Positions 1 through 14,562 of a DNA stretch of 64,000 nt are shown one piece after another (within the stretch, counting starts at the first letter, position 1; each line of letters starts with the position of its first letter). The position numbers were made by a program, and so were the translations under genes. The stretch covers positions 150,908,001 to 150,972,000 of the forward strand of contig OZ024740.1 of assembly GCA_964016885.1 (NCBI GenBank), in the 5' to 3' direction. Under the pieces are notes generated by a model. That model had not been told where the DNA came from, ran no database searches, and was given only the letters and a program-made list of their open reading frames with translations. Source of the stretch: Eledone cirrhosa. Taxonomy: Eukaryota.

Positions 1-1371
1 TCTGGGGCGTCCGGAGCCGGTGACGTTCGGCCGAAATGTGCCTGTAGCTTAGTGCGTCGCACGAATCGCTCGACTTCCGTTCGGGTGCGGAACTCGTCGC
101 TGTGCGGAGTGTGGGGTATGAAGCGAAGGCCTCTACTAAGGAGTGAGCGCTCAGGTGCGGAGAGGGGGAGGTCAGGGGGGATGGTGACAACAAGTGGTGG
201 TGTTTGGGTGTTAGGGGTTGTGAGGTGGAGTGGGGTGATTAGGTGGGTGGGGGGGGAGTGAGTGTAGCTTGCGGGCTTTGGTGGAGCTGAGGAAGGAGAA
301 GAGGTTGTGGTTGAGGTTTTGGATGAAGGAGAGGATGGCTTGGGCGAGGAGGGGGTGGCAGGTGGAGTTAAGGCGGAGGAGGGAGGGGGTCAGTTGGTGG
401 TCAAGTTGGCGGAGGGTGGAACCGTAGGCGCGGATGGAGTTGCGCATCAGGAGGCGTGAGGATCGGCTGAGGATACGTTGCGTGGGTGGGGGGGGGAGCG
501 GCGGGGGCAGGGTGGAAGTGTAGACGGAAGCCGAGGGGGATAAGGTGGAGGCGGAGGCAGTGGCTGAGGAAATGGATGTGGCTGGAGTGCCGGGTTTTGG
601 CGAAGAGAAGGTAGGAGAACTGAAGGGCAGAGGGGAGATAGCAGAGTGGGAGGAGGGGGGGTGAGGAAAAGTTTGAGGCGATTATGTAGTTGGTGGAGAA
701 AGGATCTCAGGCTGGGCATGGTGGGCGTTGGGTGAAAGCAGGGGGATGGATGAGAAGGCAGGGGTGTGAAGCGGGGTGGAGTGAACGAAGGAGTGAGTGC
801 GAAGGATAGGCAGAGACGGGGAAGGGAAAATGAAACAGAAAAACGTAGGGAGGGGGGAGTAAACACAGGAAAATTAAAGACAAAAAATCATAAAGGTAAA
901 AACACAGGCAATCGTGAACAAAAAATCATAGAAATAAAATTGTAAGAACACAGGCAAGGAATCATATACGGAAATAAACAAGTACAGTAACAAAATCAAA
1001 CAGAGGTAATGCGTGGAAGGAAAGACCAAGTGTGGGAAGGTGTGTAAAGTTCGGAGAAAGGTCACGGCGGATTAGATCGGGGTTGAGCCGGTATTTAAGT
1101 TATGTTCCAAGGAATGGAAGCCGTGTGAGCGTGTATTATATATAATGGAAAAATTTGAACAGGAACAAAACAGAGAGGCAGTACAACGAATGTTTATTAA
1201 TTTCACGCTCTGGAGAGTGGGGTGTTGGTGGGGAACGACGTTTCGGGCATAAGCCCTTCCTCAAGTGAGAAGTGCGTGGGAACAGAGTTCAAAGGGTGTG
1301 TAGGGGAGTGGTGGAGAGACATATAGCGAAAGGAAACGGTGCGAATGAAATACAGTTGTTAGGTCCCTTTT

Positions 1372-1372
<1 letters not shown>
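1..1372 (-). mobile_element. 5' end of a Penelope-like element (PLE), running off the left edge of the window
   Basis: The minus-strand frame over ~200-1 reads PLVVTIPPDLPLSAPERSLLSRGLRFIPHTP...EVERFVRRTKLQAHF. This matches the PLE N-terminal LSxGLxFxP...FxRxxRL motif also seen at 12763 and ~32730. It is preceded by frameshifted Pro/Leu-rich ORFs (211-447, 447-866). A hammerhead-like motif lies upstream, and the element is bounded by (TA)n at ~1374. Confidence 0.75.
1235..1266 (-). ncRNA. Degenerate minimal type-I hammerhead ribozyme in a PLE pseudo-LTR
   Basis: The reverse complement reads ac-TTGAGGA-a-GGGC-ttat-GCCC-GAAAC-GTC-gt. Stem II is perfect but stem I is only ~2 bp. AATAAA follows downstream. 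Confidence 0.5.
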
Positions 1373-1437
<65 letters not shown>

Positions 1438-1865
1438 AGAAAACAAAAAATCAGTGATGCATCTGGACTTAGTTTATTTCGTGTTACAAATGTTTCGCCG
1501 GGATGTAGCTCGAGTCATGGTCCTTGTATGGATCTGGCTGATTCTACTTCTGCGGGTTCTTTCAGACACGGGTGTTATGTCCGGATCAAATTTTATCACT
1601 GGGGTGTTATCAAAACAACACCCTCAAAAAACCCTCTTTCCACACCTGTCATGCCATTGGCTGTTTTTACTCCACGTCATCACAAGTTCTGGTCAGTATC
1701 TGCTGCCACACGGTTTATCAACCATTTTCCGTCCGACACATTTCAATGGAGTCATGCTGGGTTCAGTACTTCACACGTCTGCTCACACTTCAGGGTAAGC
1801 ACCCACACATACTAGAATAAACACATAGTAACACACACACATTCAGACACATACCTATCTATGCA

Positions 1866-2272
1866 TTCACACTCGTACGTCTACATGCGCAGACACCCAC
1901 ACCGCCACATACATCGCAGTATATATACTCACACACCCTCTCTCCCTTACTCCCATGGACCCAGTCACAGACACTTGTTAATACATACCGCCACGAGCCT
2001 TCTGACTGTTCTGTATCAATTGGGTAAGCATGTCCTATTCAAATGTACACATATATACATACAGATGTATATATACATATATATGTGTACATTTGAATAG
2101 GACATGCTTACCCAATTGATACAGAACAGTCAGAAGGCTCGTGGCGGCATGTATCAACAAGTGTGTGTGACTGGGTCCATGGGAGTAAGGGAGAGAGGGT
2201 GTGTGAGTATATATATACTGCGATGTATGTGGCGGTGTGGGTATCTGCGCATGTAGACGTACGAGTGTGTAT
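1866..2272. repeat. Long inverted repeat (~190-bp arms, slightly diverged)
   Basis: cacactcgtacgtctacatgcgcag...ctattcaaatgtacacatata (1868-2056) is mirrored by tatatgtgtacatttgaatag...ctgcgcatgtagacgtacgagtgtg (~2080-2269). Confidence 0.9.
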
Positions 2273-2276
2273 GAGC

Positions 2277-2330
<54 letters not shown>

Positions 2331-2433
2331 GCTCATACATACGCATATATACATACACACATACATTCACATACATACATATATACACACCTGCGTATAC
2401 AAACATATATATATACACACTTAGGATTTTTTC

Positions 2434-2486
2434 ATTCGGATGAATGAAAGCAAATATCGTTTGCTTTCAAGAAACCACTGGTAAAC
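2434..2486 (+). ncRNA. Type-I hammerhead motif with a mutated core (CGGATGA)
   Basis: tt-CGGATGA-a-TGAAAGCAAA-tatcg-TTTGCTTTCA-a-GAAACC-act-GGTA-aa, with a 10-bp stem II. Confidence 0.6.
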
Positions 2487-2525
2487 AAAATAATTATCTT
2501 ATTTTGTTCATTAGATAACTATATG

Positions 2526-2561
<36 letters not shown>

Positions 2562-2689
2562 CACACACATACATACATACACCCACATATATACACAAAC
2601 ATAAACTCACACATGTCCGCACACACATACGAACTCATACGTACATAAACATTGCCTACACACGTACCCCCCCCCACACACACACACAT

Positions 2690-2732
<43 letters not shown>

Positions 2733-3444
2733 CATACACATATATACACACAAAAAAGGAAAAAGGACAACTTAACATGCATACGCACATCCACACATAT
2801 ACATACAAATACCCACGCATAGGCCGATATACATACATCTACACATGTGTACGCATGCATGCTGCTGCATGGATACACCTGCATGCATGCACATCTGCCT
2901 ACACACACAGAACTGCCAGCACATATACATGTACATATATAAACACACCTGTAAGTGAACAGTTGAAAATACATTATGCAATAAAAAACAGTATAACATA
3001 AAACTGTATAATAACATAAAGCAGTTATATATGTATATATATGTATATATATATGTATACATATATATATATATATATACATATATAACTGCTTATGTAT
3101 ATATATATATGTATAATTATATATTTATATATATATATATATATATAAAATTATATTAAATTATATTAAATTGTATTAATTTATATTATTTTATATTATA
3201 TATATATGTGTATGGCTTGCATTTATCTGTTGCCTATCTATAAGCTTGTGGAACACCCATGGGCTACGCAATTCAAGTACCTACCAGTATACTTTGTATA
3301 TGTATACCATGGCGAGGATGTTAATTACTGTGGTCTTTCTGGATGAAAAGAACATATTAGTGCTTATATAACTCTAAGTTACGGAGATCCTATTCACTTG
3401 TTTTATAGGGACCAGCGCTTAAATTCCTCTGGCTTTTTTATGTG

Positions 3445-3655
3445 CTTAAAACTCTTTTTTTTTTCTTTTTCTTTTTTCTTTTTTCTTTTATCTTTTTTCT
3501 TTTTTCTTTTTTCTTTTTTCTTTTTTCTTTTTTCTTTTTTCTTTTTTCTTTTTTCTTTTTTCTTTTTTTCTTTTTTCTTTTTTCTTTTTTCTTTTTTCTT
3601 TTTTCTTTTTTCTTTTTTCTTTTTCTTCTTTCTTTTTTCACTTCTTTCCTTTTAA
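3445..3655. repeat. Pyrimidine-rich (T5-6C)n low-complexity tract
   Basis: Visible directly. It produces the spurious poly-Phe and poly-Lys ORFs. Confidence 0.95.
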
Positions 3656-3954
3656 AATATTAAAACAATTTTTTTACCTTTTTATTTACTTGTTATCTCT
3701 TTATATTATCTTCCTTTTACTTTTTTATTATGTTTTAACCATTGTTTGTATTTTTTATTTTGTGTGCCATCAATTGTATCTGCATTTTGTGAGATCTGCC
3801 TGTACCCTAGCATTTAGCTGTGGTGTTTAAAAACCCCAGCATGTACTCTCTCCTTATTCGCCATCTCCGATCTCCATATCTTTACCTCTATTGTATCCCG
3901 ATTGTTCGTGTAACTAAGCTTGGTGGAGTTTATACTCAGCACTGTGTTTATTAA

Positions 3955-3999
3955 GCTCTGATGATTCCTACCCAACGGTATGGATGAAACATTGTAAGC
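3955..3999 (+). ncRNA. Type-I hammerhead ribozyme at the 3' end of a PLE-derived segment
   Basis: gct-CTGATGA-t-TCC-TACC-caac-GGTA-t-GGA-t-GAAAC-att-GTA-agc, followed by AATAAA. A related copy lies at 17516-17560 (-). Confidence 0.8.
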
Positions 4000-4039
4000 A
4001 AATAAAAACAGTTTGAGTATGTAAGCGTTCTTTGGTTTC

Positions 4040-4137
<98 letters not shown>

Positions 4138-4138
4138 G

Positions 4139-4233
4139 ACTTCTACAGGACTAGAACTGTTTCATTCGTATGAAGTCATCAGGACATTTATGATGATTTC
4201 ACACGATTGAAACAGTTCTAGTCCTGTTGAAGT
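4139..4233. repeat. Short fold-back made of two inverted degenerate hammerhead copies
   Basis: Arms are ttctacaggactagaactgtttca and tgaaacagttctagtcctgttgaa. The minus strand reads CTGATGA-c-TTC-atac-GAA-t-GAAACAG-ttctagtc-CTGTA. A related fragment lies at ~28910. Confidence 0.7.
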
Positions 4234-4404
4234 AATTTCTCTATATATATAATAAAGATGCCTACATACTACATACTACATACTACATACTACATACTAC
4301 ATACTACCAATGTATTGAGTAACTTTTTTAACTGTGGTTAACCCCCTCTCCCATACAACTCGGGAATCTACACTTATATGTACATACTGTATATATATAT
4401 GTAT

Positions 4405-4633
4405 AACGAAGGAATTATGGTAAGGAACCAGGTAGACCATAAGGCACCAGAGTACTCAATACTTAGGGTAGTAGAGTGGGTAATAGGAAAAGAGTCAGGA
4501 CCCTGACGGCTGAGCTCCGGCCGTTTCGACAGCTAGATTCGAACTACTTATGATTATATACTACTGGTTTAGTTCGGATCTAGCTATCGAAATGGCCGGA
4601 GCTCAGCCGTCGGGGTCATGACTCTTTTCCTAT
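4405..4633. mobile_element. Non-autonomous (TA)n-bounded hairpin element, copy 1
   Basis: About 64-bp inverted arms (4483-4546 / 4570-4633) plus a unique 5' extension. It is homologous to 34620-34825. Confidence 0.8.
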
Positions 4634-4734
4634 ATATATATATAAACAAAACCTACAGTAACTGGACGTTACAGTCCCTAAACATACATGCATGTACACA
4701 CGCATGTAAATATATATTTATTTATTCAACTATC

Positions 4735-4860
<126 letters not shown>

Positions 4861-5295
4861 GTAGGAGGTGAGTTTTATTGTAGTACAATAAAGCAATGCA
4901 GATATCGGATAATAAGAAGCACTCTACAGTTTGTAGGACTGGAGTATACATAATATATAAGATCAAAAGATGGTTAAAGGAGTTCCATGTATTTTATTAT
5001 GCGCATTTCAAAAACAAACATCATCATGCAATAATATAAACAAGACGCACATGCGTGCCACACATATAACATTTGCACTATATAACCGCTTATCTTCATG
5101 TTGTATTTTAACCTATATCTTTGATTTTTGATTGTACCTATTAATATAAATGTAATCTCGAAGTGTGTACTGCCACTCTAAATTCTGTAATGAATGTTGA
5201 CCCACAATGTTTGAATATGTATCAATGTTTGAATATGTATTGGTATGTCTCTCGGCTGAAAAAGAGGTCATATAACTGTCCATGCATTAATAAAT

Positions 5296-5342
5296 TGCTC
5301 CGAAGAATCCAAACCTCGGTTTGGAGGAAACAGCTGTAAGCA
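5296..5342 (+). ncRNA. Type-I hammerhead with palindromic stem III (core CCGAAGA)
   Basis: tgct-CCGAAGA-a-TCCAAAC-ctcg-GTTTGGA-g-GAAACAGCTGTA-agca. Confidence 0.75.
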
Positions 5343-5545
5343 CAATAATGTTTTGAACAGTTCTTTGATTCTTATATTTCATATAACTGCTCTGTAAATC
5401 ATCTGATGTGTTTACATTGAGCTACTTAACTTACTGGTAATAAGGTAGTAATACAATACTGCCTACCACTATTTAGGGTGTGTGTAAAATACTTACAACT
5501 GCTTAAGGTTTTGTATTTACATAACCATAAATAGTATAACTAATA

Positions 5546-5855
<310 letters not shown>

Positions 5856-6259
5856 TCAATCATATTCTGATTTTCTATCTATCGCCCCTGCCTACTACCT
5901 CAAGACTTTTGCTAATTACTATTTGACATCTTCAGAATTATGTAATATTTTAATAGCGTTCATGATTGATAAGGTTGCGAAGGACAAAGAAGACCGGCTT
6001 AGAATTAAGTCTTATAAGTTGAGGAAAGATATAGACAAGAAAGAATGGATGAATGTAGAAGGTGGTTAATACTCTGGTCTCGATGGGGAAGAGTTGAATG
6101 ACTGTGGGCAACGTTAATGAGATCAAATTATGACAGGTCAAATTATAGCCGAAAGCTGAGAGGTTTCTGACCAGTTTTAACCTGCTCTGTTTCTGTTCTG
6201 ACATCTTTACCACTACATATTAAACATATTTAAGCATGTATGCAGGTTCATATGTATGC

Positions 6260-6327
<68 letters not shown>

Positions 6328-6332
6328 TATAT

Positions 6333-6398
<66 letters not shown>

Positions 6399-6403
6399 TA
6401 TAT

Positions 6404-6473
<70 letters not shown>

Positions 6474-6488
6474 TATATATATACAGAC

Positions 6489-6556
<68 letters not shown>

Positions 6557-6811
6557 TATGCATATATATACATACATACATACACATATATATATATACG
6601 TATATATATTCATGAGTGTGTGTGTGTGTGTGTGTATTTATGCAGGTATGTGTCTATCTATCTATCTATCTGTCTTTCTCTCTCTTTCTTCTCACACTCT
6701 TTCTATTTATATAGATTCACAGAATCTATATATGTATTATACATACATACACACATACATATGTACATACATACATACATGCATACGTACATGCATATGT
6801 ATTCCTGCACA

Positions 6812-6899
<88 letters not shown>

Positions 6900-6904
<5 letters not shown>

Positions 6905-7550
6905 ATATATCTAAATATAGAAATGATCCAGCAGATAGGCAAATCAGAAAGGCCAGTGAAATAGAACTTAGAAGGCCAAGGCTAAACAGATAAAAATGAA
7001 TGGAATAACAACAACACCAAAACAAGCAACACTGACCTAAGAGAAGTATAAATAAATAAATAAATAAATAGATAAATGAATAAATACATACACAAGCAAA
7101 ATAACAACAAACACATATAAACACACACTAGTAAAGATAGAATACATTAACCAATACACAGTCACGCAATCACAAACATACATCAAACAAAACACTATAC
7201 ACACACGCAAACGCACGCGCAAAGAAGACAAAATAAAATAAACAAATAAATAAATATATAAACAGACTAAAGATGGCGTAGAAAATACAATGCAATGGGA
7301 GGAAACAATAGCACCATTGACGATGTTGCAGATGTGCAACGAAAGAACTTTGATAAACTATATATATGTGTTTGTGTCTATAATGTATCCGTATTTTTGA
7401 CCGTTGGTCAGTCAATGGCAACATTGAGGACCGAATAAATTAAATTACCTATATAAAAGATACAGAAGCGAAAAGTGAAAACCAACCATACAGTGAGTGT
7501 GTTCTGTTATTAATTCTAGCAATATTACACAAATATGACCCTCCGCAAGT

Positions 7551-7560
<10 letters not shown>
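6900..7560 (+). mobile_element. PLE pseudo-LTR/3'-end family copy with a hammerhead at 7314-7353
   Basis: cca-TTGACGA-t-GTTGCA-gatg-TGCAAC-GAAAGAACTT-tga. The copy ends ATGACCCTCCGCAAGTACAACAA(TA)n. It is the reverse-complement homolog of 63515-64000. Confidence 0.75.
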
Positions 7561-7622
<62 letters not shown>

Positions 7623-7654
7623 TTATATATATGTATATATATATATTATATATA

Positions 7655-8150
7655 TTGTTATACTTCGGGAGGGTCATGTTGCCAATAAGAAACACACGCA
7701 CCAGTTGCTTTCACTTCAATTTATTATAAATTAAATTTATAAATTTCCGGTTGGTGGTTGCTTGGTTCCACAACCAGACGATTGTTAATATATTGTCAAA
7801 GTTCTTTCGTCACGCATTATGCAACCTCTTCAGTGACTGGGGATTCTTTTCTTTGTTTTTGTGCCTCTCCTTTGTTCTGTCCTACGCCATCTTGTTTTTG
7901 TGTGTGTTGTGTGCTTAGTTTGCGCATGTGTTACACCCGGGTGTCTGTGTGTGTTTATATTTGTTTATTTATTTGTTTATTTACATATTACTTGTTGGTT
8001 GTTTGTTCTATGTGTGTGTGTTTTCATTTTGTCCTTCATTGTAAGTTGTGATGTTGCTATTTCATTCATGCTTTCTATTTAATTTTGGTTGGAGTTCATT
8101 TATGTTTATTGCCTCTGTGATTTGTCTAAACATTGCGTCTTGTCTGTGTG
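7655..8150 (-). mobile_element. Related pseudo-LTR copy, tail-to-tail with the previous one; hammerhead at 7795-7837
   Basis: The reverse complement reads gtca-CTGAAGA-g-GTTGCA-taa-TGCgtGAC-GAAAGAACTT-tgac. It has the same terminal motif (ttgttatacttcgggagggtcat), which also occurs at ~34843 and ~63517. Confidence 0.7.
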
Positions 8151-8530
8151 TAGATTCTATTTTTATTTCTATGTTCTTTAATTTACCCTTATGTTCTATT
8201 TTAGCATGTTGGTAGAGTACAGATGATTCTTTACTACCTTGAAGGTCTCTCTAGTGTCCATTTATCCGTTCTCCTATACTACGAGCTGTCTCACCTATGT
8301 ACAATATATTCTTATCTCTACATTGACCTTCAGTACATCTTATGCTATATACTACATTTCTAGTTTTACAGTTAATATGGGGGCTTAGTTTACAGATTAT
8401 ACATTTCTTATCTATACAGGGAGGTCTTTGAATTATATATATATTATATATATATACATATATATATAATATAATATATATATAATATATATATCACGAT
8501 AAATTAACGGAGGCATAGGCCCTCGCTATT

Positions 8531-8631
<101 letters not shown>

Positions 8632-8662
8632 TATATACACATATATATATATATATATCATT

Positions 8663-8720
8663 GTACCAGTAATGTACTGGGTAATTGCTGGCCTTGTGCC
8701 TAAAGTAGAAACAATTATTA
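8663..8720 (+). mobile_element. 3' fragment of a tRNA-derived SINE
   Basis: Nearly identical to the 3' part (60862-60920) of the SINE at 60724. Confidence 0.7.
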
Positions 8721-8725
8721 TATAT

Positions 8726-8783
<58 letters not shown>

Positions 8784-8797
8784 GTATATATATATAT

Positions 8798-9985
<1,188 letters not shown>

Positions 9986-10157
9986 TATAGATAGGTAAAT
10001 ATACACGGATGTGTATGATTGTGTATAGAAGATTATATTAATAAGAGGAATTCCAACTTTGTCTGATTTACTCGTTTTATTTACAATCCTTTAAAATATA
10101 TATAATATGGTATTATAATGAAATAGTATGATAGAATATTAAATTCTAAGTGTTAAT

Positions 10158-10196
10158 TGAACAAGTACTTTCATGCTTTCGCAATCTTCAGGTTCA
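10158..10196 (-). ncRNA. Minimal type-I hammerhead of the Neptune element
   Basis: tgaac-CTGAAGA-t-TGC-gaaa-GCA-t-GAAAGTACTT-gttca. Stem I is 5 bp and stem III is the palindrome AGTACT. Confidence 0.85.
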
Positions 10197-10576
10197 TAAT
10201 ATGTGGTGACAGTCGACTTTGCAATTTTCAACTGTAATGAGATGGGTAAATTTCCTACCTTTTATACATTTTGTACAGAGAAAAGTGGCGCCAGAATGCT
10301 AAGCCCTGTAAACTGTATTTCGACCAATCAGTGTGTAGTTTCACTGAATTACTAAAGCTGATTGGTTTAAGCGTCACGGCTGGTTGAGCATGCTAACGAC
10401 CAATGATCATATCCAAAGCATCAATTGTTTTGCTATGTTTAGAAATGATGAAAATAGCATTTTCTATTAATCATCACCATCAACATCACTTTTATTATTA
10501 TTAATGTTGTTGTTGTTGTTGTTGTTGCTAGTGGTCGTGGTCATAGTGGTAGTAGAAGTAGTACCCCTAAGCGTTA

Positions 10577-12889
10577 TTATTGTTCATTTAGCTTGGGTTT
10601 GAATTTATCAATAAAATTCTTTTCTTTGATTTTTCTCTTGATTTCACTTGGGCTGTGTAATTTGTAGAATGGGAATATTATAAATATTCCCTGACCACAT
10701 GTTGCCAGGTGGCCGCTTAGGGGTATCTGACGGACATTTGGGTCTCTGATTTGTTGACGGTGTACCCGTGCACGTTCCGATAGTGCATTTCCAGTTTGAC
10801 CGACATATAGTTCTTCACAATTCGGGCATTTAATGCAGTAAATTAGATTTCTGCTTTTGCAGTTCATATTTGCATTTGGGAATATTTTTCCAGTTTTTGT
10901 TTTCATATATTAACCGGCGTGTATGGATTGACATGTGCTGCATCGACTATCATTGCATTTAGATACAGTGAATGATTGGTCTTTGTTGTTAAGGTCAAAC
11001 TTTGCTTTTGTTAGTAATTGCTTCAAATTTTTTGGCTGTCTTTTACTAAGAGTCAAAGATCGATCTGTGATTAAGCCTTTTAATTCATTACTTTGAGCAA
11101 TGATCGGTAGGTTTGCTTTGGCAGTGTTGAAGATATTCTGGTGACATGGGTTGTGTGTCATTATAAATGGTATGACCAGTTCTTGGTTTCTTCTTCCTTG
11201 GGTTGTTCTAAGTTGTTGTATAGGTATTTTTATAGCCCGCTGTATGCCATTTTCTATAAGTAGAGATGGGTATTTTTGTTTGAGCAAAAATTCTCTTAGT
11301 TCTGTTAGGCGTTTGTACCTGGTATTCGTATCTTCTACAATGGTACAAATTCTTCTGGCTAGGCAGTATGGGATGTTGCGTTTTGTATGAGGTGGATGGC
11401 ACGACTTAAAATTCAGATATTGATGGGTGTCTGTGTGTTTATAATATATATCCGTAGTAATCGTGGTGTCGTTTTTGATTATCATTATATCTAGGAATGG
11501 TAATTTGGTCCTACTCATCTCTTTTGTGAATTGGAGAGGTGGGTGTAGGTTATTCAGGAGGATAATGAACTCATCCAGAGTATCTAGAGATTCTGTCCAG
11601 ATGATGAAACAGTCGTCAAGGTATCTCTTCCAAGATTTTTCAATGTACTTTCTAAAGTCAATACTATATTTTTCCTCTATTTCTTGGTAGAGTTGTTGTT
11701 CTAAGTATCCCATTACAGAGTTCGCGTAAACGGGAGCAAACTTCGTTCCCATCGCTGTGCCTCTAATTTGGATGTAATTCTTTCCATTGAAGAAGAAAGT
11801 GTTGTTTTCCAGAATAAGTTTAACTGCGTCTAATATAAATGGCGCTGTGAATCTAATGGGAATCACTTCTCTATGTTTTTCCACCCAGTATTTAACCGCC
11901 TTTATTCCTAAATCATGTGTAATGTTGGTGTAAAGGCTTACCACATCAAAACTGAGTAGAAGTGAATTCGTTTCCGTGGTTTTGGGAAGATGGGACAGGA
12001 AGTCGATATCATCCCGGATGAAACTGGGTATGTGAATACATAGTGGTTTCAAAATAATGTCAACAAAATTGCTTAGACGGTGGGTGGTGCATGTTGGACC
12101 AGCTATAATAGGTCTAAGTTTTAAGTCTTTTGGGTGTAATAATTTAATGTACTCACTGTTTTGTTCTCTTACTGCCAGTTGTATTTCTTTTGACTTGAGA
12201 ACTTTCGGTAGGCCATACAGGTTGCTGGGTTTCGGCTCAAAATTGGTGATGTAGTCTCTTTCCTTATCAGTAAATGAGTTGTGGTATTTTGAAGCCAGGT
12301 TGTTGATCTTCTTCATGATGTTGTGGTCTATATTTGACGGTATTTCATGATAGAATGTTGTGTCTTTCAGTTGTTCCTCAACCAAATCCTTGTAGTATTC
12401 AGTATCCATTATAACAACTGCACCCCTTTTATCTGCTTGTTTAATTATTATTGTTTTATCATTTTGTATACGTTTAAGTGCAGACATTTCTGATTTGTTA
12501 ATGTTTGGCCTAACATTAGCATTATGTCTAAGAGGAAATTTAGACAGGATGTCAATGTATTGGTCGAGATAGATATTTCTTCCTTTTGGCGGAGTGAAAT
12601 TTGATTTATTCTTTACTAGTGATTCATCACTCTCATTATTTTTATCAGCGAAGAATTCTACAAGACGTAATTTTCGACAGAATTCTTGGGTATCCTCCTT
12701 CAGTTCTTGGTGGTTGACTGTTGGAGTCGGTGTGAATTTCAGTCCTTTTGACAGAATTTGCATTTCATCATTGTCAAGATCTCTTTTAGATAAATTAATT
12801 ATTTTAGGATCTACGTGTACAGCTGTTTTGGGTATGTTTCCTCCTAGAGTTTTTCTTTTTCCGGTTTTTGTTGTCCTGACGCTAAAAAA
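10577..12889 (-). pseudogene. PLE RT-GIY-YIG polyprotein, interrupted by one in-frame TAA (10910-10912)
   Basis: ORFs 10910-12763 and 10577-10906 are in the same frame (GGT TAA TAT ATG). The frame stays open upstream of the first ATG to at least ~12889 and includes the conserved KIINLS motif. Confidence 0.9.
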
Positions 12890-13270
12890 TGGATTTTTCT
12901 CTGTTCAGGATTTATATTCCTGTTGGTGTTCGCTTGATGAACTTTTGGTCGTGATATTATATTTGGTTTCGTTATGTATTTTGTCCTATTTTTGGTATTC
13001 TGTATATTATTTTTCTTCCTGTTAGCATTATTTTTAACAATCTGGGAAAATGACCTAGGTTTGCTTTCAGGTATAGATCGTTTTTTCGTCCAGTTACTTG
13101 TGGGCAATCTCTGTTGAGATCTTGAGAGTGATCTGGTTATTCTACGTTTTGTTTCCACATTCCTTGTTGGTAGTCTCTGTTGAGATCTTGAGAATGATCT
13201 CCTGGTTTTACTACTTCTCATGGTCTGGTCAAAGGAATATCTATCGTGTTTGTGCTTTTTGTTCATGTTG
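12844..13270 (-). CDS. Basic, Arg/Ser-rich upstream ORF overlapping the PLE RT frame (5' end lost in the TA tract)
   Basis: MNKKHKHDRYSF...RSFSRSQQRLPT (twice)...KIHFLASGQQKPEKEKL*. It overlaps the RT frame, which is -1 relative to it. Confidence 0.55.
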
Positions 13271-13290
13271 TGTGCGATAGGGTGTGCGAT

Positions 13291-13831
<541 letters not shown>

Positions 13832-13849
13832 TTATATATATTATATATA

Positions 13850-13942
13850 GTAATAATAATAAATTTGAAGACTAACATCCAAAGAGGGCGCTCGGTAAGG
13901 ATAAATATATAGCAAATTTATAAGAACCGTAGACCAATAATA
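13850..13942 (-). mobile_element. Fragment of the 5' UTR of the 39.6-42.9 kb PLE family
   Basis: gaagactaacatccaaagagggcgctcggtaagg...aagaaccgtag matches 42765-42830. Confidence 0.75.
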
Positions 13943-14562
13943 TATATATATAATATATATATATATTCATTCTAAATATTAACAAAAATAGAACTTCTTT
14001 TGATCAAGTATATTTTATTATACATATTTCAGAGGTTCTGAGCTAACTTCAACAGTACGTCCTCATCAGATAAAATAAGATGATGCATGATATAGTCTGA
14101 CATAGTAGATGGTTAAGATCCAGTCATGGTAGTGAGTAAGATATTACAAAACTCAATATTTATATACCTTAAGATTGATACTACATATAATACATGTAAT
14201 ACAGATGGTGCGTATAAAAATCTTAAAAATACATAACAGTAATTTACATAACTGTTAGAGATTCAAATAATTATTGAAGAAAGAGGAAAGAAAAAAAAGA
14301 CAGAGAGAAAACAGATGAGGGGAAAATATAGCTGGAAGAGGTATAGAGAGCAGAAGAGAATTGATCAAGGAAAGGGAGACAAAGAGGAATAATTATAATT
14401 ATATGGGGGGATGAATTATATATATATCAATACATAGCTATACATTTGGGCATAGCTATGCGATAGAGTAAACTCGAATCATTGAATTATTGAATTATCT
14501 AGAAATATTCATCAATCTAAATCCTAAATACAACTGGGTGTAAACAATAAAGGTTAGTTTCT

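Larger units (their letters stand above)
10000..13290 (-). mobile_element. Near-intact Neptune-type Penelope-like retroelement
   Basis: RT motifs are LSKGLKFTPTP, ADKRGAVV, RPII, SFDVVSLYTNI, GTAMGT, RYLDD and LPFLD. The Cys linker is CNDSRCSTC and the GIY-YIG is NLIYCIKCPNC..LYVGQT. There is a 3' hammerhead, and (TA)n lies on both sides. Confidence 0.93.

Noticed and set aside
1470-1525. Minus-strand GAAAC-attt-GTA followed by AATAAA
   Set aside because: The CUGANGA box is not recognisable. It is probably a decayed pLTR ribozyme but cannot be supported.
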